Below the pieces are notes generated by a model. That model saw nothing but the letters and a program-made list of their open reading frames with translations. It was not told where the DNA came from and searched no databases. Shown piece after piece: positions 1 to 9,122 of a DNA stretch of 64,000 bases (position 1 is the first letter of the stretch; each line of letters begins with the position of its first letter). Origin of the DNA: Rickettsiales bacterium (GTDB lineage: Bacteria > Pseudomonadota > Alphaproteobacteria > Rickettsiales > JAIXRX01); assembly GCA_965247145.1 (NCBI GenBank), contig CBDFGH010000003.1:33085-97084 (forward strand), in the 5' to 3' direction. The translations under genes were made by a program, and so were the position numbers.

Positions 1-1
1 C

Positions 2-1150
2 TGCTACAACCACCGCCTGGATCCGAAAGCCTATATCGACGCCTTGCCAATGGACAAGGTCGCGCAGATCCATCTTTCCGGCCACAGCAACCACGGCACG
101 CACATCATCGACACGCATGACGATCATGTGGTGGACGAGGTCTGGGCCCTGTACAAATACGCTATTCACAAAGCGGGCCGCACCATCAACACCATGGTGG
201 AATGGGATGACAACCTGCCGGAATGGGAAGTGCTGCATGCCGAACTAGGCAAAGCCAAGTTCGCTGCCGCCGATGCCCAAAACTATGCCCCGCTACCCGA
301 GCTTGCCCACGACCAGCCGCGCTATGTCGCCAATATCCCGACCCCCCTCGGCGAGGCCCAATCCCGTATGCAGGAGGCCATCCTGCGCGGCGAAAGCATG
401 GAAAACGGCCCCGACGACTGGATTCGCGCCAAGGAACGATTCACCCCCGCCGACCAGCTCGCCGTCTATATCAACGCCTACCGCGCGCGCCTGCAAGAAG
501 TGACGGCGGAGGATTATCCAGTACTAAAGCACTATTTGGGCGACGGGATATTCGACGCGCTCATGAGGGATTTCGTCAACAGTACCCATTCCGAACATTT
601 CAACATCGGCCGATATGCCGCCCATCTGCCCACATTCCTCACGCAGCATCACGCAGGGGACGCATTCGCGCAAGAAATGGTCATGCTGGAAAATGCCCTC
701 TCCCAACTGCACGATATGGAAGAAACCATACCGCTGGAACCCGCGCATCTGGCAGGCATGAACGCGGAATCGTTGATGGAGGCTGTGCTGGCCCCACGCG
801 CCGCGTTGCAGCTTTTTGCGTCCAACTACCCGGTGAACGACTATTACCTTTCCGTCAAGGAAGGCCAATCGCCCGCTCCGCCGCTGCCGGAAAAAACTTA
901 CCTCGCCGCGTTCCGTCATGAAGACGTGGTTTGGCGCATGCAACTGGCAGACCAAGAGTATCACCTGCTGCAGAAATTATTCACGGGCATGCCCATCGGC
1001 ACGGCGCTGCATGCACTGCAAACGGAACTCGGCGTGGCTGAGGATGAACTGGCTTCTCAACTTTCCGCATGGTTTTCGCGATGGATGCGTAACGGTTTGC
1101 TCAGTTACCGCGAATACAGAGATATAACATCACTCAGGAGCATCGCATGA
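2..1150 (+). CDS. DUF692 (MNIO, MbnB/BufB-like; 5' end outside window) fused in frame to a DUF2063 (BufC-like) domain
   Basis: The frame is open from nt 2 (CYNHRLDPKAYIDALP precedes the listed TTG start). IHLSGH, THIIDTHDDHV and MVEWDDNLPEW resemble the end of DUF692 TIM-barrel enzymes. From about residue 105 (LAVYINAYRARL, YPVLKHYLG, NIGRYAAHLPTFL) it resembles DUF2063. No stop separates the two parts, and an ATGA overlap joins it to the next gene. Confidence 0.7.
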   Translation, partial: CYNHRLDPKAYIDALPMDKVAQIHLSGHSNHGTHIIDTHDDHVVDEVWALYKYAIHKAGRTINTMVEWDDNLPEWEVLHAELGKAKFAAADAQNYAPLPELAHDQPRYVANIPTPLGEAQSRMQEAILRGESMENGPDDWIRAKERFTPADQLAVYINAYRARLQEVTAEDYPVLKHYLGDGIFDALMRDFVNSTHSEHFNIGRYAAHLPTFLTQHHAGDAFAQEMVMLENALSQLHDMEETIPLEPAHLAGMNAESLMEAVLAPRAALQLFASNYPVNDYYLSVKEGQSPAPPLPEKTYLAAFRHEDVVWRMQLADQEYHLLQKLFTGMPIGTALHALQTELGVAEDELASQLSAWFSRWMRNGLLSYREYRDITSLRSIA

Positions 1151-1659
1151 ACCTCGACCAACCCCATTTCTCTGGAAAAGAATCCGGCAGAAGCTTTTTG
1201 CAGAATCTTCTGCATGTACTCATCACTTGGCCGGAGCGCATTGCTTCCAATTTTCTCTGGGCGGGGCCGCTTCTGGCGCGCATCGTGGTGGGTTATGTCT
1301 TCATGCTCACCGGCTGGTCGAAACTTCACAACCTGCCGCACATGATCGAGCTGTTCACCGAATGGGGCATTCCCTTTCCGCACATCCTCACGCCATTCGC
1401 CTCCGGCGCGGAGTTCGTTGGTGGCATCCTGCTAATCCTCGGACTTTTCACCCGCATCGCCGGTGGCATGCTTGCAATCGTCATGGCCGTCGCGATCGTC
1501 TCCGCCAAATGGGCGGACATCGACTCGGTCGAAACGTTGTTCGGATTCGAAGAAGCTGCCTATTTTGTAATTTTTACGTGGCTTGCCGTCGCAGGGGCAG
1601 GAAAAGCTTCGCTCGATTACTTGGCAGCAAAGTCGCTCAGCACCAGTCCAACTAAGTGA
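1147..1659 (+). CDS. DoxX family membrane protein
   Basis: 170 aa with four hydrophobic segments. LLARIVVGYVFMLTGWSKL and FVGGILLILGLFTRIAGGMLAIVM are DoxX-like. The start overlaps the upstream stop (ATGA). Confidence 0.8.
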   Translation: MNLDQPHFSGKESGRSFLQNLLHVLITWPERIASNFLWAGPLLARIVVGYVFMLTGWSKLHNLPHMIELFTEWGIPFPHILTPFASGAEFVGGILLILGLFTRIAGGMLAIVMAVAIVSAKWADIDSVETLFGFEEAAYFVIFTWLAVAGAGKASLDYLAAKSLSTSPTK

Positions 1660-1696
1660 ATGGACGGTATGGGTTGCCGCACTGCTTAGCAAGCAA

Positions 1697-1969
1697 ATGG
1701 CTGCTGAAAATGACCGCCAGGTAGCTGAGCGTGAAGTGGCGGCGTTGATCAAAGAATTTCGTTCAACGGGCAAGTATCCTGACGGATTTGATGCTGCATT
1801 TTTTGAAGCCATTTTAGGCCCAGATGGACAGCTTCGACTAACTTACCAAATAGGACATTTCCCCAATAAAAAACTTCTTGAAGTGGCAAGCTCTTCCAGC
1901 GTCAAAATTCCATCGACGGACTATGATTTTCCGCGACCGCGATACGCGGCACAAAATCCCAAAACCTAA
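1697..1969 (+). CDS. hypothetical protein (90 aa)
   Basis: Internal ATG of the listed 1583..1969 ORF, whose 5' part overlaps doxX. It is the first ORF of the AT-richer segment. No recognisable family. Confidence 0.35.
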   Translation: MAAENDRQVAEREVAALIKEFRSTGKYPDGFDAAFFEAILGPDGQLRLTYQIGHFPNKKLLEVASSSSVKIPSTDYDFPRPRYAAQNPKT

Positions 1970-2038
1970 GGTTGGGAACCTTGCACTACTGCATTCGCTG
2001 AAAAACTGTTTAATGAAGTTCTCCATCACCAACAACTG

Positions 2039-2263
2039 ATGGAGTTTTTTATGACTGACCCACCCGCCACGCCGTCCCTAGAGCAAGCCGAGAAGCTGCT
2101 CACGATCAAGGAGGCGGCTGTCCATCTAGGGCTCCCTTATTGGAAATTGAATCGCGCCTGCCAACAGGGGCTGATTCCCTCCTATTCCTTACTCAACAGC
2201 CGCAAGCTCGTGCGCGTCTCCGAAGTGCTCCGCTCAATCCGCAACCCCATGGCAACGCTGTGA
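2039..2263 (+). CDS. small HTH DNA-binding protein, AlpA/excisionase-like
   Basis: 74 aa. LTIKEAAVHLGLPYWKLNRACQQGLIPS is an excisionase/AlpA-type helix-turn-helix. It lies upstream of a primase-helicase gene, as in P4-like elements. An alternative ATG is at 2051. Confidence 0.6.
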   Translation: MEFFMTDPPATPSLEQAEKLLTIKEAAVHLGLPYWKLNRACQQGLIPSYSLLNSRKLVRVSEVLRSIRNPMATL

Positions 2264-2310
2264 AGGGATCGGATCAGCGCGTCTCAAATTCAAATCTGAA
2301 AGTTCAATCA

Positions 2311-2733
2311 ATGTTGAAACAAGAAATCGATACCACCACTACTTTCATTGCCGTTGACCTCGTGGACACGGCACACATGCGCGACCTGACTAAGCTCAAA
2401 GCTGAGGTTGGTGATCGTATCCCGCCTGACATGAAGAAAGACATCGAGCGGCTGGAAAACACCGTGCTTTATTTCCCGTCAGATACCTATGGAGAAGAAT
2501 GGGAGAAATTCGGCCTTTTGCCTGCATGCATTGTGCACGAAGTGCTTGCTGACGAAGATGTCGTACCGGACGGGTATGAGCCTCACGAAGGAACGGCAGT
2601 GTGTTATTTTCCCCTGCATGAATATGCTCGCATCATCGAACACGCGATCGAGAAAGGACTGATCTCCGAACACCCTCACGCGCAGGCACCTTACAGCCTG
2701 CCGAATCAGGGAGGCAAAAATGAAGCTGCCTAA
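2311..2733 (+). CDS. hypothetical protein (140 aa)
   Basis: Internal ATG (MLKQEIDTTTT...) of the listed 2140..2733 ORF. The end overlaps the next gene by 14 nt. No recognisable family. Confidence 0.45.
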   Translation: MLKQEIDTTTTFIAVDLVDTAHMRDLTKLKAEVGDRIPPDMKKDIERLENTVLYFPSDTYGEEWEKFGLLPACIVHEVLADEDVVPDGYEPHEGTAVCYFPLHEYARIIEHAIEKGLISEHPHAQAPYSLPNQGGKNEAA

Positions 2734-4561
2734 TCAAACGATGGGCACGACGACGGGCGGCGAACAGCCGCCCGCCAAGTCGGCAATCTTCGCAGAAAAT
2801 GCCCCGCTGTACTGGGCCAAGGGCTTCAGCGTCACCCCTACGGCCAAATACGAAAAAAGCCCGAAGGGGGTCGACGGCTGGAACGCCGAGGTGCCAGGTC
2901 TACCAAGCGAAGCCAAACGCAATTACTGGCTTGAAAAACATGCCGCCGGTGGCATCGGCTTCATTCTGGGCACCGATCACGGAGAAGACGTGGACGCGGC
3001 GGTGGATAACGACCATCCAGGGTTTGGTCCATTTTTGAAACGGGTACTGGGCAACCCGCCGGTCGGCAAAGTTGGTGGCAAGGGAACGACCTGGGTCATG
3101 CGGGCCGAAAAAGGACTGAAGTCGGTCAAACTACGGGCAAGAGACCGTCGCGATGGTCCGCATGCGGCAGAATTGATGATTAATAGCGGGATGGTCAAAA
3201 TCCCTCCGTCTCATTACGACCAGGAAAAACATTACCGTTGGGAAGGCTCGCCGATCCTCGAAGTGCCTCGCCAAGACTGGCCGCTGATAGATAAGCTGAA
3301 ATACGAGTTCATCAGCATGGTGTGCGAACACGTAGCCGCATGGGAAATCGTCGAAGGCGGCGCGGGTATTAAAGCACATGAGGCGATGTTGAAGCTTACC
3401 GCCTGCGGCGTTGCCAATCTTACCGATGACCATGAGTGGATGGCCGATTGCATCAATGCGCTTTTTCATCCTGATTATGATGGGAATACGGCGTCAGAAA
3501 CGCTTGGCATGCTGGAGTCCGCCAAAGAGAAAGGGCTTGGCCAAACGCTCAGCGACCAAAATGAATTCATGTCATCGGACGCATCGAACAATCCGCCGGT
3601 GGCTAAAGGTTATACCAGCGACGGTTATTTCGTTGTGCATGACATGAACCGCAATATTCTGGTCTCGTTGACTTCTACCCAAATGATGAACCCGTACACC
3701 ATGTACGGCATTGTAGGGCCGGGCTACCTGGCCGCTCAATTCCCGGCTGAAAAAACCGTGTATAACACGTTTGCGGCAGGCAATACCTTGATGGATCAAT
3801 GTCGCCGCGCTGGCCCCTTCGACCCGTCGGATATCCGGGGAGTCGGAGTATGGATCGATAACGGCAAGGTTGTGAAGAATTTTGGCCAAGAACCTTTGCC
3901 TCCGGGACTAAGCCATACCTACACTTGCTTCAAGCCGCTCGCGAAACTTTCGGAAGCAGAATTCAATCCGCAGGCTTTGCATGATTGGCTTAAGAATTTC
4001 AACTGGCAAAACCCCCAATCCGCCACGCTTTTTCTGGGCTACCTCGCCATGGCTCCCATTTGTGGGGCCATCGCCTGGCGTCCGCATGCCTTCGTCCATG
4101 GCGTCAAGAATACGGGCAAAACTACGTTATTGCATGCCAGCAGCAACCTTCTTTATCCGCTGCGTATCTCCTGCGACGGGAATAGCACCGAAGCTGGCAT
4201 CCGCCAGGCACTTGGCCCTGACAGTCGCCCTGTTGTTATCGATGAATTCGAAAGCGACCATAATCGGGGCAATCTGCAGGCAGTGGTAAAGCTCGCCCGC
4301 AGTGCCTCGTCGGCAGAAAACGCGGTGTTGCGCGGGACGCCGGAAGGCCGTGTCATTCAGTATAATCTGCGGGCTACGTTCCTTTTCGCCGCCATTAATC
4401 CCATCGGGATGTCGTCGGCGGATGATTCGCGCATTTTGCAATTCGAGATATTGCCGCATCAAAACGATGAAGAGATTTTCTCGCGCATCGTGCAGGGCGA
4501 AATCGCTTTCCGCAACCAAGGGCCGCAATGGTGTGGCCATACGGGAACCGCATGGGCATGA
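2720..4561 (+). CDS. replication protein: Prim-Pol-like N-terminal domain + P-loop (D5/DUF927-like) NTPase, 3' end apparently truncated
   Basis: FSVTPTAKYEKSPKGVDGW, GIGFILG and DAAVDNDHPGF resemble bifunctional primase-polymerase domains. Walker A (GVKNTGKTT) and Walker B (VVIDEFE) follow. The ORF runs into the remnant of a converging integrase gene. Confidence 0.6.
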   Translation: MKLPNQTMGTTTGGEQPPAKSAIFAENAPLYWAKGFSVTPTAKYEKSPKGVDGWNAEVPGLPSEAKRNYWLEKHAAGGIGFILGTDHGEDVDAAVDNDHPGFGPFLKRVLGNPPVGKVGGKGTTWVMRAEKGLKSVKLRARDRRDGPHAAELMINSGMVKIPPSHYDQEKHYRWEGSPILEVPRQDWPLIDKLKYEFISMVCEHVAAWEIVEGGAGIKAHEAMLKLTACGVANLTDDHEWMADCINALFHPDYDGNTASETLGMLESAKEKGLGQTLSDQNEFMSSDASNNPPVAKGYTSDGYFVVHDMNRNILVSLTSTQMMNPYTMYGIVGPGYLAAQFPAEKTVYNTFAAGNTLMDQCRRAGPFDPSDIRGVGVWIDNGKVVKNFGQEPLPPGLSHTYTCFKPLAKLSEAEFNPQALHDWLKNFNWQNPQSATLFLGYLAMAPICGAIAWRPHAFVHGVKNTGKTTLLHASSNLLYPLRISCDGNSTEAGIRQALGPDSRPVVIDEFESDHNRGNLQAVVKLARSASSAENAVLRGTPEGRVIQYNLRATFLFAAINPIGMSSADDSRILQFEILPHQNDEEIFSRIVQGEIAFRNQGPQWCGHTGTAWA

Positions 4562-4947
4562 AGGAGGCGCATCACAGATAGCCAGTTGCGGGTGTGCAGC
4601 TTGGCGTATCGCTCGAAATATTCTTCGACTACAGCGGCGAAGGTGTAAATTTGTTGCGCCTCAATCTTTTCTTTTTTGAGATAATCGGGGTCTTCCCCCT
4701 TCGCCACCAGTTGCATCGCCTCTCGCGCCGCTTGCCGAGCGTCGAGGATGCTAACGGCGGGGTATTCGCCTACTTTTAGGCGTTTTTGCTTCCCGTTGTA
4801 GCGATAAGCGACTGACCAACTTTTATGTCCCTTCTCAGTGATACGCAGCCATAGGCTCCGCACAAGCTCATCCTGAACCGCAATGCGACCTTTAACAGGC
4901 GGGCGGAGTTTTTTGACGGCAAGATCGGTGAGAGCGGTTCTAGGCAT
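4459..4947 (-). pseudogene. N-terminal ~120 codons of a P4-type tyrosine integrase (DUF4102 domain); catalytic domain missing
   Basis: MPRTALTDLAVKKLRPP..SLWLRITEKGHKSWSVAYRYNGKQKRLKVGEYPAVSILDARQAA is the canonical N-terminus of P4/CP4-57-type integrases. Similarity stops near RYAKLHTRNW (about nt 4578), and no R..HxxR..Y domain follows. Confidence 0.7.
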
Positions 4948-5161
4948 GATGCAATCCTTTATAACTCAAGAACGAACAAAATGCAATAAAGACAGTATGT
5001 TGTTCGGCGTTACGAGAGGTTATCGCTCGTTATGGCAGGTAAGAAAACAAAAAAATTGCCAGATGATTTTTCTTCATACGAATCGTGGACATAGCGCAGC
5101 ATTAGGAAACACAATTTTTGTCACCAACGATGAATTTTGTTGCTCATGCCTCTTAAATACT

Positions 5162-5179
5162 ATTACCTAATAAGGTAAT
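5162..5179. promoter_or_regulatory. palindromic candidate operator of the phd-parE operon
   Basis: ATTACCT-AATA-AGGTAAT is a perfect 7-bp inverted repeat 24 nt upstream of the antitoxin ATG, followed by a GGAGAA Shine-Dalgarno sequence. Confidence 0.4.
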
Positions 5180-5202
5180 CTAATGGTGAAGGAGAAAGTG
5201 CG

Positions 5203-5484
5203 ATGGACATTACCAAAGACATTCAGCCAATGACCACCTTCCGCAATCATTCGGCGGAGTTCATGCAGCATATTCGCAAAACCAAACGTCCCGTCGTACT
5301 GACCGTGAACGGCAAGGCGGCAGCGGTATTGCAGGATGCGGAAGCGTACCAACGGTTGTTGGATATTGCTGCCTCAGCGAGCCCAGCCGAAGGAATAAGG
5401 CAGGGGCTGCTTGATAAGGCGAGCGGGAAGTCCCGTCCTGCGGGTGCGGTGTTCAACGAGCTTCGCGAAGAATATGGCCTATAG
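5203..5484 (+). CDS. Phd/YefM family antitoxin
   Basis: 93 aa. MTTFRNHSAEFMQHIRKTKRPVVLTVNGKAAAVLQDAEAYQRL is the typical Phd/YefM N-terminal fold. It overlaps the toxin gene by 11 nt. Confidence 0.85.
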   Translation: MDITKDIQPMTTFRNHSAEFMQHIRKTKRPVVLTVNGKAAAVLQDAEAYQRLLDIAASASPAEGIRQGLLDKASGKSRPAGAVFNELREEYGL

Positions 5485-5779
5485 CGTAGAACTGACGGCA
5501 AGGGCAGAGCGCGACCTTCGCCAGCTTTACCAAAGCATCAATGCCGCCAATTCGAAACTGGCGGCGAAGTGGTTCAACGGACTTGAAGCGGCAATACTGA
5601 GCCTAGAGGAAAAGCCAGCACGAAGCCCTGTTACGCCTGAAAATAAGATGCTGCGTCACCTCCTTCATCCCAGCCAGTCGTATATATACCGCGTTATCTA
5701 CGCGATAGACGAGCGTCGGCACATCGTCACCGTCATCCATATTCGGCATGGGTCGCAGGAGCCGATGGCGATGAAGTGA
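5474..5779 (+). CDS. ParE/RelE family toxin
   Basis: 101 aa from the internal ATG (MAYSVELTARAERDLRQLY..). The C-terminal YRVIYAIDERRHIVTVIHIRHG is typical of ParE/RelE toxins. Confidence 0.85.
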   Translation: MAYSVELTARAERDLRQLYQSINAANSKLAAKWFNGLEAAILSLEEKPARSPVTPENKMLRHLLHPSQSYIYRVIYAIDERRHIVTVIHIRHGSQEPMAMK

Positions 5780-6295
5780 AGAATATGAGCGATAGGTCGC
5801 TCCCCAGTAATGGCAGCGGCGAGGGACAAAAATAGAGAAGCGAAAGTTAGCAGCGGAAGCTTGAGGCGAGTAGCTATCATCAACGGATTTCTCCTATGTG
5901 TTCATAAATACACCCTTAAAACGCACATTAAAAAAAGCCTTACGATGCTAAAAAATGCGCGTTTCGTGTTAAAAAACACCTGAAATTTGCTGACTATCAA
6001 CGCAAATTGGACCCTGGTTCACAAGATTTTTGTGATGGCGGATTTGCGTCCGTTTTTGGTGAATTCAATAATAACAATAGATTAAGGTGTACGGAAATCG
6101 GAATTGTTTTAAGTTTCCCCTTTCCCCCGAAGATAAAGGGGAAGAGTATAATAATAGGATAAGAGTCTATTATTGAAAAAAAATGGAATTCCGTACATTT
6201 TAGGGATGACTTATGATTGAGAATGATTTGAAAAAAGCGAAGGACAAAAGCTTGCGCCCGAACAAATAGCAGATATGCTGAGATTTCATGTGCAT

Positions 6296-6372
6296 GGGGT
6301 CGTAGCTCAGCTGGATAGAGCACTAGTTTCCTAAACTGGGGGCCGCGCGTTCGAATCGCGCCGATCCCACCA
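6296..6372 (+). tRNA. tRNA-Arg (anticodon CCT)
   Basis: The cloverleaf was folded by hand. Acceptor stem is GGGGTCG/CGATCCC, D arm GCTC/GAGC, anticodon arm CTAGT-TTCCTAA-ACTGG, T arm GCGCG-TTCGAAT-CGCGC. The discriminator is A and CCA is encoded. Confidence 0.9.
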
Positions 6373-6711
6373 CTCCTGCATTTTTGGTTGTATAGACGAA
6401 TCCCAACTCGACCGATACGCGCGCGCGGCGCGTGGGGTATTTTAACTTCTTCTCAGCGCCGATCTGTGAAAAACGCCGCGCGTCTACCCCTCGAAAACCT
6501 CGCAGGAATCTGTTTCCATATATGGAAATTCAAGATATTGTCGTTTTGGATGGAGATTTCCGTCTGGGGCTTCAAAACCTCTCGCAAGTCGGCAGGGCAT
6601 CTGCCGTCATCAAACTGCCACCCTACGCAAATGCGTCGGGGTGGTGGCGTTATACAACAGCCGTGAGGTAAAAGCGTCGCGGTCGTATTTGCTTACGACT
6701 TCTAAACACCC

Positions 6712-6747
6712 CGACACCAGCGTGGAAGCGTTGGTGTCGTTTTCTCT
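6712..6747 (+). terminator. rho-independent terminator
   Basis: An 11-bp stem (CGACACCAGCG / CGTTGGTGTCG, one G-U pair) is followed by TTTTCTCT. It ends 3 nt before the IS left end. Confidence 0.65.
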
Positions 6748-6752
6748 AATGG

Positions 6753-7682
6753 TCAACCCCCATTTATAGGTCCAGAGATTAAGTGACAGGATTGGGGCTT
6801 TGGAGGCATGAAGGAAGGGGCCGGAGCGTAAGCGCAGGCCCCTTCCTTCATGCGGGCCAGCGGCGCGGGCGGCTTGTATCCGAGACTGGTATGGGGACGG
6901 ATGTGGTTGTAGTGATGCCGCCACTGCTCGAGGATCACCTGCGCTTCTTTCAACGTATGGAACGTCTCCGCGTTGAGGCACTCATCGCGCAACCGACCAT
7001 TGAAGCTCTCGTTATAGCCGTTCTCCCACGGACTGCCGGGTTCGATATACAAGGTCTTGATCCCAAGCCTGGCAAGCCATGACCGGATCGACTTGGCGGT
7101 AAACTCGGAGCCGTTATCGGAACGGATGTGATCGGGAATGCCATGTGTTGTAAATAACTCCGTCAGCACCGCCATCACGTCATCAGATTTTAAACAGTAG
7201 CCGGTTCGTAACGACAGGCACTCCCGGGTGTATTCATCCACCACCGTTAATGTCCGGATCTTGGTGCCATCCGTCAGACGCTCCGCCACGAAGTCATACG
7301 CCCACACATGGTTCGGCCAGCATGGCCGCAGGCGGATGCAGGAGCCATCATTCAGATATAGGCGACCCTTCTTCTTATGCCGCGCTGGAACCTTCAGCCC
7401 CTCCTGCCGCCAGATCCGTTCCACCCGCTTGTGATTGACTATCCAGCCTTGCGTGCGTAACAGCGCCGTAATCCGCTTATACCCGTAACGGCCATACTGT
7501 CTGGCTAAAGCAATGATATCCCCAGTCAGTGCCGCCTCATCATCCGCACGCCGTGACTCGCGCCGCTGCAGCGAACGGCTTTGACCCAAGGCCGCACATG
7601 CCTGCCGCTCGGTGATCCCCAGTTTTTGCTGCGCGTAAATTACAGCTTCCCGTCGCCGCTCCGGACTGGTTAAAACTTTCCC
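6753..7682 (-). CDS. IS3 family transposase OrfB (rve/DDE), expressed by -1 frameshift from OrfA
   Basis: The frame is open upstream of the listed TTG to the slip site ([36 protein letters not shown]). Integrase-core motifs are present ([29 protein letters not shown]). Confidence 0.85.
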   Translation of the reverse strand, partial: GKVLTSPERRREAVIYAQQKLGITERQACAALGQSRSLQRRESRRADDEAALTGDIIALARQYGRYGYKRITALLRTQGWIVNHKRVERIWRQEGLKVPARHKKKGRLYLNDGSCIRLRPCWPNHVWAYDFVAERLTDGTKIRTLTVVDEYTRECLSLRTGYCLKSDDVMAVLTELFTTHGIPDHIRSDNGSEFTAKSIRSWLARLGIKTLYIEPGSPWENGYNESFNGRLRDECLNAETFHTLKEAQVILEQWRHHYNHIRPHTSLGYKPPAPLARMKEGACAYAPAPSFMPPKPQSCHLISGPINGG

Positions 7683-7948
7683 GTCGAGACTTCCTTCAGG
7701 ATCAGGTTATCCAGCGTCAGGTTCGCGACCGCACGTTTTAACCGCCCATTCTCCTGCTCCAGCTCTTTCAGCCGCCGAGCCTGGTCCAACCCCAAGCCCC
7801 CATATTCCTTGCGCCACCGGTAATACGTGTTCCCCGTCACATCCAGTGCACGCAATACATCTGCCATACCCTTACCTTGCCCAAGCAGCACCTCAGACTG
7901 CCGCAAATACCCGATGATCTGCTCCGCGGTGTAGCGCTTCCTCGCCAT
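7670..7948 (-). CDS. IS3 family transposase OrfA (HTH)
   Basis: [48 protein letters not shown] is a typical IS3/IS407 OrfA with HTH and leucine zipper. Confidence 0.85.
   Translation of the reverse strand: MARKRYTAEQIIGYLRQSEVLLGQGKGMADVLRALDVTGNTYYRWRKEYGGLGLDQARRLKELEQENGRLKRAVANLTLDNLILKEVSTGKF
7676..7682 (-). promoter_or_regulatory. programmed -1 ribosomal frameshift heptamer G GGA AAG
   Basis: An X XXY YYZ slippery heptamer sits 4 nt before the OrfA stop, and the OrfB frame opens exactly here. Confidence 0.6.
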
Positions 7949-8042
7949 ATCCGTCCTCCCTCTCATTGGTTCCGTTCCTCCCATTTATAACTCTGGAAGT
8001 GGGCCTAGTTATAGGGGGTGGGTCAATGCCTACTGAAAGATT

Positions 8043-8087
8043 TGGTTGCGGGGGCCAGATTTGAACTGACGACCTTCAGGTTATGAG
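8043..8087. repeat. attL: 45-bp copy of the 3' part of tRNA-fMet
   Basis: TGGTTGCGGGGGCCAGATTTGAACTGACGACCTTCAGGTTATGAG is identical to 21578-21622. Identity stops on both sides. Confidence 0.9.
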
Positions 8088-8206
8088 TCGCGCCCAGCAC
8101 CATAGGCTACAACTACCCCAGTCAGTTAGTATCAAAAGAATCAGCCGCTTGTGGCCAATTTAAATATTATCATCTGTTGGAAATAATTGGCATTTGTTGC
8201 CTGCGA

Positions 8207-8224
8207 GTGTCCCACCAGTGTCCC
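8207..8224. promoter_or_regulatory. candidate integrase arm-type sites (GTGTCCC x2)
   Basis: GTGTCCC-ACCA-GTGTCCC lies 120 nt inside attL. The same heptamer recurs near attR (21394-21400 inverted, 21491-21508). Confidence 0.35.
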
Positions 8225-8228
8225 AGCA

Positions 8229-9122
8229 TTAAGCCCTGACGGAAAGCGGCCTAGTCTCCGCCTCGTATCGCTGCCGCACCATTTCACAGAATACCATAAT
8301 ATATTCGTGCAATTCCGAACCAATTTTGAAGTCGGCGGGGGTAATCAGGTCGGCGCGCTTTCTAGCTCCCATTTTTTTTAGGCGGTCATTTCGTTTTTCT
8401 TCTGTATAGGCAGGATTGTAAACAACGATAGCTTTCCCACCTTTGCTTCTGGTTAATGAAAGTGCGGGCACATCGGTGTCACCGTCGCCAATAAAAATAA
8501 CGTTGGGAAACGGAGCCCACAATTTACTATCGGGCACCTTTTTGTTCACCCCACTTTTCTCATCACGGAACGAACCCTTGGAGATTTCAAACAGTGAACG
8601 AGTCTTCATGGTTTCATCCATACAAAAAACGGGGATGTTACTGGGTGTTTTTACAGCGCCCGCTTCCTTCCATATAACTTCGTAACGGCAGCCAAAAGTG
8701 TGGGTAATTACGCCATCTGCGAATGTCAATTCGACAAGGTTTTTCAGTCCTGCGGAAACGATGAAGTGGTGGATTTCTAGGTCAATATCTTTGAAGCGTG
8801 CCTCTCCTGAAAGCCCTTTAATATCCTTCAAAAAATTAGCCGCATTAGCGTAAGTTTTAATTTGCGGAAGCATGAACTTCCGAAAGAACTCAGTCTTGAG
8901 CGGCACCTGCTCGGCATCGGCCATGCGAGCCAGAGAGTACATCCAGATTGGCGCATCACTTGCTAAAATGTGTTCCCACTTTGGTAGCTTTTTGTCGCCT
9001 CGCAAGTCTTTAATCGTGTTCCAGAAATCAGCTTCTGCGCCTAGCGTATTTGCAACCATGGTAGTTGAATCATCAGGGATTAGTGTTCCGTCGAAATCCC
9101 AGACAATCGCGATATTAGGCAT
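8229..9122 (-). CDS. HAD-superfamily hydrolase (phosphatase-like) with large cap domain
   Basis: 297 aa. HAD motifs I (WDFDGTL), II (VSAG) and IV (GDGDTD) are intact, with a ~120-aa insertion between motifs I and II. Confidence 0.75.
   Translation of the reverse strand: MPNIAIVWDFDGTLIPDDSTTMVANTLGAEADFWNTIKDLRGDKKLPKWEHILASDAPIWMYSLARMADAEQVPLKTEFFRKFMLPQIKTYANAANFLKDIKGLSGEARFKDIDLEIHHFIVSAGLKNLVELTFADGVITHTFGCRYEVIWKEAGAVKTPSNIPVFCMDETMKTRSLFEISKGSFRDEKSGVNKKVPDSKLWAPFPNVIFIGDGDTDVPALSLTRSKGGKAIVVYNPAYTEEKRNDRLKKMGARKRADLITPADFKIGSELHEYIMVFCEMVRQRYEAETRPLSVRA

Larger units (their letters stand above)
1660..6295. mobile_element. degraded integrative element(s): AlpA-like, replication gene, truncated integrase, TA module
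   Basis: The sequence becomes abruptly AT-richer right after doxX. It carries the gene set of a P4-like integrative element, but the integrase and replication genes are both truncated. The region ends at tRNA-Arg. No att repeats were identified by eye. Confidence 0.5.
6750..8025 (-). mobile_element. IS3 family (IS407-group-like) insertion sequence
   Basis: It has an HTH OrfA and a DDE/rve OrfB in the -1 frame. The imperfect terminal inverted repeats are TGGTCAACCCCC (left) and TGACCCACCCCC (right, reverse complement). Length is 1276 bp. Confidence 0.85.

Noticed and set aside
5698-5883. Small hydrophobic ORF antisense to the end of parE
   Set aside because: It overlaps parE by about 80 nt, and I saw no ribosome-binding site. 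It is likely spurious.
5997-6323. ORF 5997..6323 (-) upstream of and overlapping tRNA-Arg
   Set aside because: It overlaps the tRNA and lies in an AT-rich, low-complexity intergenic stretch. The translation is implausible.
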